Shown: positions 45,290 to 59,853, numbered from the stretch's first letter. The stretch: DNA of 64,000 nt from Eledone cirrhosa (GCA_964016885.1 OZ024762.1:26784001-26848000); one strand, 5' to 3'. The notes: generated by a model not told the origin, from the sequence alone. Program-made: numbers and translations.

Positions 45290-45400
45290 AAAAATATATA
45301 ATTCTTCGGCTCTGTTTAATTACATTGAGCTATATCTTATACTGTCATTTCTATAATATGAAGAGGGTGTTTAACTCCAACACACTCTAGTATTTTAATT

Positions 45401-45455
<55 letters not shown>

Positions 45456-45546
45456 ATGTGTGTGTGTGTTCATGTGATGGTAGCTAAGACGCTTCCATAG
45501 GCGGTATGCCGGTTGAGCACTCTATGCTCTTACAGAGCAGAGTATG

Positions 45547-45899
45547 ATAGAATAGAAAACGAAAAATCAGTGATGCATCTCGACTCAATTTATTGTGAAT
45601 TACAATTGTTTCGCCGGCGGACATCTCGAGACACGATCATTGTGTGGATCTGTCTGATTCTGGACCCGCAGGTTCGACGGACACGTCTAATGATTTCGGA
45701 GCATATTCTCTCACGCGGAGAATATTCTCTAACGAGAAAATATGCTCCAAAATCATTAGACGTGTCCGTCTAACCTGCGGGTCCAGAATCAGACAGATCC
45801 ATACAATGATAGCGTCTCGAATGTCCGCCAGCGAAACAATTGTAACACACAATAAATTGAGTTCAGATGCATCACTGATTTTTCGTTTTCTATTCTATA
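45547..45899. repeat. Fold-back palindrome of about 350 bp with an HHR 3' half in each arm
   Basis: Arms are centred near 45723; GCGAAACAATTGTAA occurs on both strands. Confidence 0.85.
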
Positions 45900-46017
45900 T
45901 ATATATATATCACATCTCTTCCCACATATTGATCGCTTTGCCAACTTTAGATAATCTGTAACAATATATAATATACTCTTTATATAAACCTTAACGTGAA
46001 ACCTCGTTTTATTCTTA

Positions 46018-46059
<42 letters not shown>

Positions 46060-46164
46060 CGAAAGAGTTGTGGTAAGGAACCAGATGAACCATAACGCAC
46101 CAGGGTACTCAATACTTAGGGTAGTAGACTGGGTAATAGGAAAAAGTATATATATATATATATA

Positions 46165-47335
46165 AATTAATAAAAACAATGAAATAAAAACAAAGAACAA
46201 GTTCTTTATATTAAAAAATTCATCATTTTACGATCGTTTCTAGGATGTATATGTGTGTTGGTATATATATCATATAGATCTATGTAGAAATATTACAAAT
46301 TATCAGAGGAAATATACTTACCTTCACATATACATACTGTCTTCAGAAATGATGAGATTTGTTTATTGAAAAAAAAACAACAAAGATTTAATATAAAAGG
46401 TTTGTTTGGGAACAGGTTTTGAATTGACCAATAGAAAAGTAGTTAGAGGTCAAGTTGATAGAATAGTGGTAGTAGAAATTTAATTTAGGGGTAGAGGAGT
46501 GCAGACTTATGTTTTGAATGAAAAGAATAATTTGAAAGAAAATAATACTTTGGGGGTGAAAAGAGGTCAAGCCAGTGAAGGGAACACGAACATTTGATGT
46601 TATTAAAGAATAATGTTAAAATCGAAGGAAAATAACATTTTAGGGTAAGGGTATTAGTGAGAAATACTAGTCTTATTTAAACCACAAGGAATCTAGCTCT
46701 ATAACAAGAAATTAAATTAATTGATAGGTATACTTATAGGGATAATTTATATTAATTCATATGAATGTGATAAATAAGAATTAGATGTTATTAAAGAGTG
46801 TTGTTAAAAACGAAGGAAAGTAAAATTTTGGGATAAGAGTTGTAGTGAGAAATACCAATCTTATATAAACTACAAGGAATCTAGATTCATAACAGGAAAT
46901 TAAATTAATTTATAGGTATACTTTTAGGTATTAATTTTAGAAAAAGAGAGTTGTAAGCGGGAAATAAAATTATGAAGTTCTCTGTAGTAAAGTACTAATT
47001 ATAGGTTGACTAAATTAAAAAAACTAATTATAATATATAAAATATAAGTATAAGATGTATATTAATTAGGTTTATAATATTTGAAGGTTCTTCTAATTCT
47101 ATGATTGCAAGATATAATTAATTCCTGTCGCTTATTTAATAGGATATCCTTAGATTTCATGATTTCAAAAAGTTCATTGGAGCATAACCTACACTCGTAT
47201 CTGTTATTTTGATAAGGGGTGGCCCTTTTGAGCACACTCCAGGTGAGGTTGTAATCGATATTCTTCTTTCTATAATTATTAATTGTTTCAGCCTTCGTTT
47301 TTAACAACACTCTTTAATAACATCTAATTCGTATT
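46165..47335 (-). mobile_element. Naiad-type PLE 3' end (GIY-YIG C-terminus, UTR, HHR)
   Basis: ORF 47062-47310 has W..LKRATPY..CRLC..E..LNKRQE..CNH. Confidence 0.8.
46220..46355 (-). ncRNA. Intact type I hammerhead ribozyme with long stem II
   Basis: Minus strand: TCATCATTT-CTGAAGA-..ATGTATATGTG..CACATATACAT..-GAAA-CGATCG-TA-AAATGATGA (9 bp stem I). Confidence 0.85.
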
Positions 47336-47431
47336 TATCACATTATATATATATATATACACACATACACACAAGTATATATATATACATGTATATATGT
47401 GTATATACAGTATATATATATACACACACAC

Positions 47432-47467
<36 letters not shown>

Positions 47468-47469
47468 TA

Positions 47470-50332
47470 AAACATGTCTATAGAATCACAAGATAAAATA
47501 TATACTATTTCCTCTCCCAATTAGCATAATTAACTATATAAAAAATCGAATAGACCAGGCTATAAGAATGAGGCTTCTATGAAGAAATCTCCGAGAAATA
47601 ACCAAAACTAGCCCTTTGCGTCGGCCGTAGCGGAATATTTATCGAATATTTCGACAGCGTAATCGCCCAGATACAGTCAACTAAACAGAATTAGGTGTAA
47701 AATAAACTAGGAGAAAATAGAATACATTTAAATACCTCTACCATGAACTGTACATCATTCTCACCGCAAGAAAAACTATCCTGGAATTCAACAACGAATA
47801 TTGAACTAAAGCTGATACTTCCAACAATTTTGATATCACAATGGGCTCGTCAGATTCAGCGCAATTGACGGACTTGATTGGAATCTTTATTTTGAATTCT
47901 TTAAATCGGAAAATTCCTCAACTTCGCGGTGGAATTTATCGTGACCATGCCCTTTTTACTGTTAACCTTAATATTATTAAGAATAATATACTTGATCTAT
48001 TTAAGCACCATAACCTAAAAATTGAATTTGAAAACAACGTCAAACTAGCTAACTTCCTGGATTTATCCCTTATTCTTGACACCGGCCGATATTACCCTTA
48101 CCATAAAGATAATGAGAATCTAAATTATGTTAATTTTAAATCTAAACACCCTATTAACATTAAAAATGCTATAGTCAGTAATGTTGAAAAAAAGAATCTC
48201 AAATCTATCTTCTAATAAACTTATCTTTGACGCTAAAGCCAATTATTACAACAATGTGCTTTCCAGAGCCGGTTATCCTGACAAAATTAAATACAGTAAA
48301 GAAACCAATCATGGAGGAACTTATAGTAATATAGTTAGTTATAAGCATTCCAATAGCATAAAGAACAAACCTAGATATAAAAATATGATTTGGTACAACG
48401 CTCCTTTTTCTCTATCTATTATTAGTAATATTCCTAAACTACTTTTAGTGCCCTAGATAAATGCTTCCCTCCTTCACATATTTATAGTAAGATCTTTAAT
48501 AAGCATACAATTAAATTCTCTTATTCCACCATTCCAACATCTCTAACATTATCTCAAAACATAATACTAAAATATTAAGTAATAAATCATATCCATCCAA
48601 CACTGAGCGTCATAATAATAACAATAGTAAGCCCGACGTCAATGTTAACTCTTCCGTAAATTTAAATACGACGTCAAACGTAACTTTGTCGAATTTTCAT
48701 AATACCAATCTAAATCAGGAAACTTTAGCACCTATCGTAAGTAACTTCTCCAAATCAATTCCTTCTATAAATAATACTGGGTCATTTGCTAATAAGTCTG
48801 GTAATTTCTCTAATCGTAATTGCAATTGCCCTATTAGAACTAAATGTCAACCTATTAGAACCAATGTTTTGATAAAAATTTAGTGTATGATTGTAAGGTT
48901 ATAACTGGCACTAATTCTTTTACCTATTTTGGTTCCACTTCCACTTCCTTTAAAGCAAGATTTTATAATCACAATTCTTCTTTTAAATACCAACTTAAAA
49001 GAACTAACACAGCACTCTCAGAACTCATATGGTCCTTAAAGGACAAAAATATTAACTACAAAATTTCTTGGAGGAAGGTTTGCAACGCCTCTCCTTACCT
49101 TAATTCTTCCCTATCCAGAACTTGTAATCTCTGCCTAGCGGAGAAATTTACCATTATCTCTATTTTTAATTCTATAATAAATAGACGTACGGATTTATTT
49201 TCGCTCTGCTTGCATAAATCTCATAGAACTTTCCATAGAGTATATAGCTAATATCTTACTACCTAATTAGTTTAAAATCTTTTTTTTTCTCAAACGCTTT
49301 TATATTTTTTACAAATATACCCATCTTTCTACCTTATTTCAGTATATTATACAATATTACTCATACTATGTCGTTAGCGGTCCCCTAATTTTCTTTTTTT
49401 TATTTCTAATCTTTAATCTGCAACTTTTACTTCTCAATTACTTCTTAATTCATCTTATAACTCACTATAGCATTTTCCTTATATTCTCGGCAATACAAAT
49501 TTTTTTTTTTAATATATACTAATATTACCATTAGAGAAATTTTGTAAACATATTTTTTTTGACGTTATATATTTTTTCTTCCTTGAATTTTTTCTTTCTT
49601 CTCTCCTTCCATGCTCGTATTAAATCTATTATTTACTTTTTCCTATTACAATATATAGAAACAAACTTGAATCCTAATTGATTCCTCTTAGTTCATAATT
49701 CATTTAACTTTATCTTCATTCACCTTATCTTCTTAATATATTTTATTTTAATAATACATTTTAATAAATTCCTTTTCGCACATCTTATTAAACCCTTCAA
49801 TATACATTAAATAAACCTTATATACCTTCAATAAACATTAAATAAATAGTATTCTTAATTCCTTTTTCTTTAATCATAAGCATCACCATTCATAAACCTC
49901 ATCACTTTTAATTTCTTAATTTTTTAAATTATGTGTTATCTTACAACGTTTTGTTTTAATTTTTCTCTGTGAGACAGTGTTTCTCAGTATTAAAGGTTAT
50001 ATATATATCTCTCTCACTCATTTTCTCCTCTTCTCTCATCCTTCCTTTTTATACTCCTCCTCCGTCATCCTTTCCTTATTATTATATTTTCTATCTATAT
50101 TCTTTCTTCCTCTTCCTTACCTTTTCCTTCCCCCCTTCCTTTCCTTTTTTCCAATCTCATATATCCATCTTATTTTATTTTTCATATGTTGATTTACTGC
50201 TCGCAAGTGTTTTTTAAGCTTCATATCATGTCTCCCTATTTTATCTGATGAGAACGCAAATATCATCCGATGATGATATTTGTTTTTGAAATGCGCATAA
50301 TGCATGGAACTCTTTTAAACATCTTTTGATTT

Positions 50333-50340
<8 letters not shown>
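47470..50340 (+). mobile_element. 5'-truncated decayed Naiad-type PLE
   Basis: MGSSDSAQLTDLIG, YRDH, NFLDLSL..YPYHK, WYNAPFS, CNCPIRTKC, YFGST..FKARFYNH, TALSELIW, CNLCLAEK. Confidence 0.9.
50242..50302 (+). ncRNA. Type I hammerhead ribozyme in PLE 3' repeat
   Basis: TAT-CTGATGA-..CAAATATCATC cgat GATGATATTTG..-GAAA-TGCGCA-TA-ATG. Confidence 0.8.
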
Positions 50341-50409
<69 letters not shown>

Positions 50410-50410
<1 letters not shown>

Positions 50411-51090
50411 TAGCATCAAAGCCCGACGTTGTTCGGGGTCAGTAAGTTACCAAAGTTAGGTTGCACCACCCATTTTATGGCAGCACTTTTTTGTCTGCCA
50501 GGCACTGGGTGGATGAATTTCAGACCTGGTCTGCCGAAGCAGGAGCTGCGCCAGCAGTGACAATTGAGGTTTCGCCTATGGATATTATCTCTGTGCAAAG
50601 AAGTGTTGAAATTTATTGTTTCACAGTACTTGCGCAACACGCGCGTAGACGATGCCAGCCGAACAACAGAGCTGCGATGGAGTTGTCCTGCATGGTTGTC
50701 TAATGTGTGTTTTCTATATTTAAGACAGTAGGGAGGGGTGTGATGCGGGGGGAGAGTTAGCTGCTGTTTCTAGCAGGTTTAGTTACCTCATAGGGAATAT
50801 GTTTTCTAAATTTAAGACAGTAGGGAGTGGTGTGAGGGAGAGTTAGCTGCTGTTTCTAGCTGGTTTAGTGACCTGATAGAGGATATTATTGTGTATAGTA
50901 AATGAACTGATACTTCTTTCTTCCACGTTCGTTGATAGATGTTTTAAAAAAGATTTATCGCTATTTTTTTTGTTGTTGAATAAATTTACCTATTGCTTTT
51001 GAATAATTGTTGTTTCGTATGAAATGTAATAAGTTCTCTTTGTCATTGAAGTAAATAAATGTTTGACCGTTCCACACTAAAAAATAAACG
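50410..51090 (-). mobile_element. Non-autonomous Helitron 3' portion
   Basis: Minus strand ends CCCGAACAACGTCGGG..CTAG-T, like 26176. The 5' boundary is unclear. Confidence 0.65.
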
Positions 51091-51159
51091 TTCTCTCTCT
51101 CTCCCTCTCACTCTCTCTCTCTTAAAGTTTGTATGTTTAATCATCATCATCATCATCAG

Positions 51160-51680
51160 TATCTATAAAAGGCAGATTTTTGTTGTGTTGGTGTGTGCAT
51201 GTTCCATGTTTATACATTTGCACAATTTCAAACCAATTCGACTCAAAGTCTGTAAGAATGTTGTAAATGGTCTAGCTACACGTCAACGACTATTTATTTC
51301 ATTCAAACTCACCCACAATTACGGAAATAATCGATAAAATTAAATACATGACGCTTTATCCCTCTAATACATTCAGAATTCTTCTCTCTACTCCCCTTAA
51401 AATTCGATAAAACTACATACATACTGCAACTTTCTCTGATGAAGCGGAGTAGAGAGACGACATCTGATTGTATTAGAGGTGTAAAGCGTCATGTATTTAG
51501 TTTTGTCGATTATTTCCGTAATTGTGGGTGAGTTTGAATGAAATAAATAGTCGTTGACCAAAGTTAGACGATTTACAACATTCTTACACATTTTGAGTCG
51601 AATCGGTTTGAAATTGTGCAAATGTATAAACATGGCACATGCACACACACAACAACAACAACAATCTGCCTTTTATAGAT
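51160..51680. repeat. Fold-back of a Helitron-like 5' segment
   Basis: Arms of about 250 bp, each beginning ATCTATAAAAGGCAGATT. Confidence 0.75.
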
Positions 51681-51686
51681 AATTAT

Positions 51687-51877
51687 TTCTACTTTTGGCA
51701 CAAGGCCAGCAATTACGCAGTGCAGTACTAGTACTTTATTTTATCGACCCCGTCAGGATGAAAGGCAAAGTTAACCCCGGCGGGATTTAAGCTCAGAATG
51801 TAAAGAGCCATAAATCTATGCTGCAGAGCATGGTGTCTGACGCTCTACCGATACTGCCAATCCACCGTCCAATACAA
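51687..51877 (-). mobile_element. Full-length SINE with 20 bp TSD
   Basis: TGCCTTTTATAGATAATTAT at 51667-51686 and 51878-51897. Confidence 0.9.
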
Positions 51878-51890
51878 TGCCTTTTATAGA

Positions 51891-52124
<234 letters not shown>

Positions 52125-52151
52125 TATATAGATATATAGATATATATATAG

Positions 52152-52225
<74 letters not shown>

Positions 52226-52308
52226 CTTGGCAAGCTATTTAGAACACTGGTTTAACAGCTTTACTTATATATATATATATAAACCAGTGTTCTAAATAGC
52301 TTGCCAAG

Positions 52309-52346
<38 letters not shown>

Positions 52347-52431
52347 CTTGGCAAGCTATTTAGAACACTGGTTTAACAGCTTTACTTATATATATATATA
52401 TATAAACCAGTGTTCTAAATAGTTTGCCAAG

Positions 52432-52505
<74 letters not shown>

Positions 52506-52547
52506 CTTGGCAAGCTATTTAGAACACTGGTTTAACAGCTTTACTTC

Positions 52548-52582
52548 CCTCCGAAGAAGAGATATTATCTCGAAAATTAAGG
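52548..52582 (+). ncRNA. Ultra-minimal hammerhead, variant core CCGAAGA
   Basis: CCT-CCGAAGA-aGAGAT att ATCTC-GAAA-AT-TA-AGG. Confidence 0.6.
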
Positions 52583-52789
52583 ACATTTAAATAAATCTAA
52601 GGTAAAAGATTAATTGTCAAAAATTTCTTTTGCATTTGCATTCTTTATTCTATGTCCATACCTGCATTGTTTTGGCTTTATTAAAGCTTCAAGTGAACTA
52701 CAACTTCCTCCTATATATATATATATAACGAAGGAGGTGTGGTAAGGAACGAGATGGACCATAACGCACCTGAGTACTCAATACTTAAA

Positions 52790-54440
52790 GGCGGCTGATT
52801 ATTGGTTGAGAGCCTGAAAATAGGCTAGAAGAAGCAGGCGAAAAAGGATTCTGGAGAAAAGAGAGCAGGGACGTTATAGAATAGGTAAATTAATTGAGAA
52901 TAGAAGATAATAAATAAATAAAACAATATATTAAAATATAAAATTGGATAGTAAGATGTGATAAAATAATCTCTAGAGTCTAAAACAGCTGCTATATTTA
53001 GTTGGTGTTGCGCTTTCGGCCAATGCCTCTGGAATAGGTTAATAAGATGAGAATAGAAGATACAAAATAAATAAAAAATTAAAAAAATTTTAGAATTGGG
53101 TAGTAAAAAGTAATACAAAATCACCATGGTCTAAAACTGCTGCTATAATTAGTTAGTATTGCGTTTTCGGCCAATGCTATCTATAATTTACTGAGGCTAC
53201 AAAAGCCCGATGGGCTGCCTCGGGGTAGGCGAAAGGGGAAAAGAAAAAGGAAGAGGGTAGGGAGTGGAAGGACGTGATAGTAAGAGGTAAAGGGAAGAAG
53301 AAAATAAAAAGGAAAAGAAAAGAGGTACATCTACCTATCTTGTTCGGCAAGTGGGGAAAAGGAGGATGTTGCAGCCATTGTCTACCCACCCGGGTCATTA
53401 ACGGGTTTGAGGGCGAGGTAAGTCCTACGCAATCGGTGTTTGCATGCACTTACAAGTTCGTCATTTTTGTTTCGGAGTTAGTCCTTCGTAAACAGCATTT
53501 GTAATGTTTCCTCCGAGCATAGGTTACACGGACGGCGTCCTCCCCTGTAGGAGTTAGCCCTGGACAGTAAGCTCCAAGTAAGATTGTATGTTATGTTATT
53601 ATCTTGGAGATCCCAGATGTGGCCCGAAAGTGCAGTGGCATGTCGCCGGGCCCGGTTTCGGAACGTATGTCGGTGTTAGTAGAGCTGGGTCTTAAAGTTA
53701 CAAGCGGTTAATCCTATATAGGCTTTGTTGGAGGGGTCCGTCTTCATGTTGCATTGGTAGATCACGTTACGTTCTCGGCATCTATTGTTGAGGGGGCACG
53801 TAGATCTATCAGGGAAGTTACACCTCCTGGTCGGCTCTCTACTAATGTCTAGGTTGTTTCATCCATAGGGGTTGAATTTCTTTTTGTTTGAGGAGGCGAT
53901 GTTTTGTGCGAAGTTGGGTGTGGTGCTGTAGGAGAGTTTGATAGTATTTTTGTTGATTATGTTGTGGTAGCGGTGTTGTGGTGGGAAGTGTTTTTCGAGG
54001 AGCCTAAAGAAGATTTTCCCGATAGGTGTTGCCACCTCGGCATTGTGGGGATAGTTGAACCACGTTACGTGGCGTGAGCCACGCCGTCGCCTGCTGTTCA
54101 ACTAAAGGAAGCTGGATAAAAGGATATTTCCTCCCGGAAGCCGCTTCGCTTAAGAGCCTGGTTGTAATGAGGCGCATGTTCATCGAATATCTGCTCATTA
54201 GCGGACACACGAGATATGCGGAGGGAGATGTCTTTAACCAGGTTATTGGTGATGTTTCTAGGATGGTTAGAGCGGCGGTCGATGTAGTGCAGGTTGTCGT
54301 TTGGTATCCTGTATGGTTAGTACATATCATTTTCGAGGTTGTGGGTAACGTCCAGGAAATTGACTCGGGTTAGGGACGTTTGTAGGGTGATTTTAAATCC
54401 CCAGTCCCGGAAGAAGTCGATTAGTTGTTTACGGAAGCTC
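52790..54440 (-). mobile_element. Naiad-type PLE fragment (RT end, thumb, GIY-YIG)
   Basis: VTWFNYP..KHFP..INKNTIKLSYSTTPN; minus-strand CPLNNRC..NVIYQC..AYIGLT; SNHP. Confidence 0.85.
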
Positions 54441-54639
54441 ATTTTTCATACACAATCCTTATAATTTGCTATATAGAATTCACTTTCAACGCTTGACGGG
54501 CTCCACCCACTCCCTCATTGTTCTACAGGCAAGTTCAGCCACCCCCACCTCCCACCCACTGACATGATAGACTTAATTGTGTTTACAAGAAATTTTGACC
54601 AATCCTCTTGACAACTACAATCTTCCCATATAAGGATGT

Positions 54640-54735
54640 ACCCCTTGAAAAGTTCGGCTATTTATTTACCACGCTAAAAATTCTAATTTAGTTCAGAAAT
54701 AGCCGTCGAAACGGCTTGAGCTCTGCCGTCAGGGT
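54640..54735 (+). ncRNA. Hammerhead family A, U3:A8 core TTGAAAA
   Basis: ACCCC-TTGAAAA-gttCGGCTATTT..AAATAGCCGtc-GAAA-CGGC..GCCG-TC-AGGGT. Confidence 0.7.
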
Positions 54736-54746
54736 CAAACATTCTC

Positions 54747-54783
<37 letters not shown>

Positions 54784-54808
54784 TTATATATTATATATTA
54801 TATATATG

Positions 54809-55309
54809 GTTTGAAGGTTTTTTAAGTGGTGATAAGCCTTGCACTCGCCCAATCCCAATCTCTGAGCATCGGAAACACTACCCGAAAGGGAGAACTGGTA
54901 ACATCATCGAAAGTTTCCGAAGCCGCAGGTTTTTTTTTCAGAGTTTCCCTCTCTTAGAAAGGTGTTGAGACAACTGGAGGCCTTTCACTCCCAGGTGAAA
55001 AAAAGATGTTCTGTTTCGATGGCCGTTGACTCTGCTGAGAAACTCCGCCCTTTGCCGGGTCTTGTATTTTATCCCGCAGGGTGTCCAAATATCACCCTCC
55101 TCACCAAACAGTACATTTTTTTTCACCTGGGAGTGAAAGGCCCCAGTTGTGACAAAACCTTTCTAAGAGAGGGAATCTCGGAAAAAAACCTGCGGCTTCG
55201 GAAACATCCGATGATGTTGACCAGTTCTCCTGTTCGGGTAGTGTTTTCGATGCTCAGGGAGTGCGATTGGTCGAGTGCAAGGTCTTTCCCCACTTAAAAA
55301 ACCTTCAAA
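54809..55309. repeat. Long inverted repeat (arms of about 205 bp)
   Basis: 54809-55017 is the imperfect reverse complement of 55105-55309. Confidence 0.85.
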
Positions 55310-55502
55310 GCACAGACATTACTTGTTCAGAATAGGTTACACGTTCGTGTGGCTGGCTGTAGCCTAAAGGTGCACCATTTTCTGTAATCTGACTAGCTAT
55401 TGCAATACTCTTAGAAGAGTTTGCAGCCATCATATATATATATATAATATATGTGTGTGTGTAGAGAGAGAGAGTTTAAATGTTTTGTGTGTGCCTATGA
55501 AC

Positions 55503-55589
55503 GCATATCTGAGGTGTCGACACAGAGTCGGGCTCCGACCATCATCATCGAGCACAAACCTGATCGATATCGAAACAGTTATCATATGC
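55503..55589 (+). ncRNA. Degenerate type I hammerhead
   Basis: GCATAT-CTGAGG-TGTCGA..TCGATA-GAAA-CAGTTA-TC-ATATGC (perfect 6 bp stem I; A9 lost). Confidence 0.6.
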
Positions 55590-55879
55590 AATAAAGATAA
55601 TTTAAGGTGCAACCCATGACTTCGTTCCTGCTTAATTATAATTATGTTCTGTATGTCACAGCTGCTCTATCCCGGGAGCAGAGTTATCTATCGACGCCAC
55701 TCGAAACGGACACACCTAACAGCATTGAGTTACATTATCTATCAATCTATCTGTCTGTCTATCTATCTATATATCTGTCTATCTATATATCCATCTATCT
55801 GTCTATCTATCTATCTGTCTACCTCTCCCTATCTCTCTCTCTATGTATATATAATTTATATATATGTGTGTATATATAT

Positions 55880-56198
55880 ATATATTGGTAAACGGAATAG
55901 AAAATGCTGACGAATTGTTCACAGTGAAAAATAGTTTAATTAGGAATAAGTGAGAATTAGTAATTGTATTGGTTAGTATTCAGTTTTGGTTTTAAGTTTC
56001 ACAGATCAGAGAAAACATCACGGACGCTCTATCTCAAAATTATTTTTGAAAAGCATTTAGAAATGCGCAACCGGTAAAACTTAAAACCAAAACTGAATAC
56101 TAACCAATACAATTACTAATTCTCACTTATTCCTAATTAAACTATTTTTCACTGTGAATAATTTGTCAGCATTTTCTATTCCGTTTACCAATATATAA
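55880..56198. repeat. Fold-back element (arms of about 120 bp)
   Basis: 55880-55999 pairs with 56077-56198, between (TA)n tracts. Confidence 0.85.
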
Positions 56199-56226
56199 TA
56201 ACTTGTGTGTTACACCTCTATTCTTT

Positions 56227-56354
<128 letters not shown>

Positions 56355-56366
56355 TGAGAGAATGAG

Positions 56367-56401
<35 letters not shown>

Positions 56402-56612
56402 TCTATCATTACAGAAGCAGAAGTCCTACGAGCTTTTGATTACAGATTCGGGCCAGTTCGATACGATTCGAACATTGAGCTGATCAATAGCCAAACGTGC
56501 GTCATCAATAAATGAACGTGATGTGTGTGAGTCCCGGGTTCAGTCGGAGGTAACCACAGGAAGTAAGGTATTCAATACATTAGTAGAGTATATACACATT
56601 TTAATATAGAAA

Positions 56613-56658
56613 GCTCTGATGATTTCTTTCGATGAAACAGATCTGATCCTGTAGAAGC
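56613..56658 (+). ncRNA. Hammerhead family B
   Basis: CTGATGA-TTTC tttc GAT-GAAA-CAG..CTG-TA-GAAGC, preceded by an inverted copy of the family 3' end. Confidence 0.65.
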
Positions 56659-56671
56659 CGTATCTATATTA

Positions 56672-57420
<749 letters not shown>

Positions 57421-57732
57421 ATATAAATATATATATATATATACATGCATACGTACGTATTTACATACATACGTACATATGTGGTGGTGGTGGTGGTGTT
57501 AGTATGTAAGGACGTATGTTTTTACATAACACTTACGTACATAAACGTCGTGTACAAACACATAGACCTAAAGACATGATCTATACTCATATATAAGTGT
57601 AAATGAATGTGAGAAGCAATGGAAACAAATGGGATTTAAGCAAGCATCCATCCAGATATACACAGAACTCTGTTTAAGTATGTGTTGAAACAGGGTAAAC
57701 TTGAAGTGTAAGATTTATGAGCAAGCTTTCAT

Positions 57733-57803
<71 letters not shown>

Positions 57804-57845
57804 TATATTAAATAAATGGAAACTATATTTATAAAACCATATATA

Positions 57846-57906
57846 TTTTATTATATATATTTCAAGGGCAACCAAGACAACATTGGTGCGCTTTCCTCAG
57901 ATAAAA
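57846..57906 (-). ncRNA. Type I hammerhead (left arm of fold-back)
   Basis: Minus strand: TTTTAT-CTGAGGA-AAG.GCACCAA..TTGGTTGC.CTT-GAAA-TATATA-TA-ATAAAA. Confidence 0.8.
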
Positions 57907-58026
57907 TACAAAGTTTATTTTATGAATAGAAACATACCCAAGAAAATCATAACTTACCGGTTGGAAATTCACTGGATAAGGTATGATTTACTAGGGTATG
58001 TCTCTATTTCTAAAACAAGTTTTGTA

Positions 58027-58087
58027 TTTTATCTGAGGAAAGCGTAACAATGTTTCATTGGTTGCCCTAGAAATATATATAATAAAA
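58027..58087 (+). ncRNA. Type I hammerhead (right arm of fold-back)
   Basis: TTTTAT-CTGAGGA-..CAATG ttt CATTG..-GAAA-TATATA-TA-ATAAAA. Confidence 0.8.
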
Positions 58088-58281
58088 TAAATATGGTTTT
58101 ATAAATATATTTTCCATTTATTTAATATCATTGAATATTTGCTCCAGTAACATGTTGAGTGCTCTAAATCAGTTATAAACATTTATATTTGTCGGATTTC
58201 CAACAAATTAAATAACACTTCTACTTATATATATATAATGTCCATGTGCGTCTGTATATATATGTAAATAAATGTATATAT

Positions 58282-58324
<43 letters not shown>

Positions 58325-58584
58325 TATTTATAATTGTATGTATATATATATATACACATATACAATATATTTATAAATGGAAACTACATTTATAAAACCA
58401 TATTTATTTTATTCAACCTAGGCAAATTATGGTGCGCTTTCATCAGATAAAATACAGATTTGTTTTATAAATAAATATTGACATACCCGGAAAAAAGACA
58501 ACCTTAACTATCCAGGAAGCTCCAGCCGTTAAGGTTGTCTTTTTTTCCGGGTATGTCAATATTTATTTATAAAACAAATCTCTA

Positions 58585-58646
58585 TTTTATCTGATGAAAG
58601 TGCACCATAATTTGCCTTGGATGCCCTTGAAATATGAATAATAAAA
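58585..58646 (+). ncRNA. Type I hammerhead in a second fold-back of the same family
   Basis: TTTTAT-CTGATGA-AAG.GCACCA..TGG.TGC.CTT-GAAA-TATGAA-TA-ATAAAA. Confidence 0.75.
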
Positions 58647-59095
58647 TAAATATGGTTTTATAACTATAGTTTCCATTTATTAATATATTGTGTATTTACT
58701 CCACTAAACTATTGAGTGCTTTATATCACTTATAAACATTTTAATGCTTGTTGAATCCCAACGAATTAAATATAACCTCTGCATATATATACACATATAT
58801 ATATTTTAAATATATATATGTGGATGTATATATATGCATATATATATATATGTATACATACATACATATATTCACTTATACATATATGTATATTTATATA
58901 TATATACATTCAGATAAAGATATATACATTTATTTACACATGGACATTATAACAATATATATATATATATATATATTAAAAGGTCATAGCCATTTAATGG
59001 CTATCATCGAAATATATATAGCAGTAAATAAAGGATTATGAGTTCATGCAATTGACTTATGTTTCGTCACTATATATATATATATATATGCATAT

Positions 59096-59155
<60 letters not shown>

Positions 59156-59197
59156 TCGAAACATAAGTCAATTGCATGAACACATAATCCTTTATTT

Positions 59198-59254
59198 ACT
59201 GCTATATATATTTCGATTGATAGCCATTGAATGGCTATGACCTCATCAGGCAGT
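59198..59254 (-). ncRNA. Intact type I hammerhead
   Basis: Minus strand: ACTGC-CTGATGA-ggtcATAGCCAT tca ATGGCTAT..-GAAA-TATATA-TA-GCAGT. Confidence 0.85.
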
Positions 59255-59853
59255 TAGTCAGTTCTTAGATATGCCAGCTCTGTGTGTATAGTGTTGATGG
59301 TATCAGAGCCTTGGGACATATGAGCTTGTTAGGAATAATTTAATGTTGTCAGCAGGAATAGTGGTTGGACTCTAACCATTATTTTAAGTATTACCACCCC
59401 GCATTTTGAATGTGTGGATGTGTGTGTGTGTCTGTGGAGGTGGGTGTGAATGTAGTGCAAGCCTACCTACTTAAGTCTTTTTATTTGTAAACTTTCTACT
59501 CTAACCATAATTTTCAGTAGCACCACTCCTCATAAATCCCTCAATTTAAGAATGACCTGTAGTATCTATTTCATACTATTAACCTTAATTGAATATATAT
59601 ATGACCAGGAATGCTTTTTGTGGAAATCAGTCATATGGAACTATTGTCATCTTGCCTGACGGTTTGAACTTTACAACACCACCTGCCTCTTTGAGGTCAA
59701 ATACCAACCCTACTAGCATCTACAAACTGACCAATGAGAGTTAAGACTATTCCTGCTGACAACATTAAATTATTCGTAACAAGCTCATATGTCCCAAGGC
59801 TCTGATACCATCAACACTATAAACACAGAGCTGGCATATCTAAGAACTGACTA

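Noticed and set aside
52220-52545. Repeat-spacer pattern resembling a CRISPR array
   Set aside because: The repeats alternate in orientation, the spacers are pure TA, the context is eukaryotic and there are no cas genes.
55903-55942. CTGACGA..GAAA on the + strand
   Set aside because: There is no stem I pairing. It may instead be a decayed HHR 3' half on the opposite strand.
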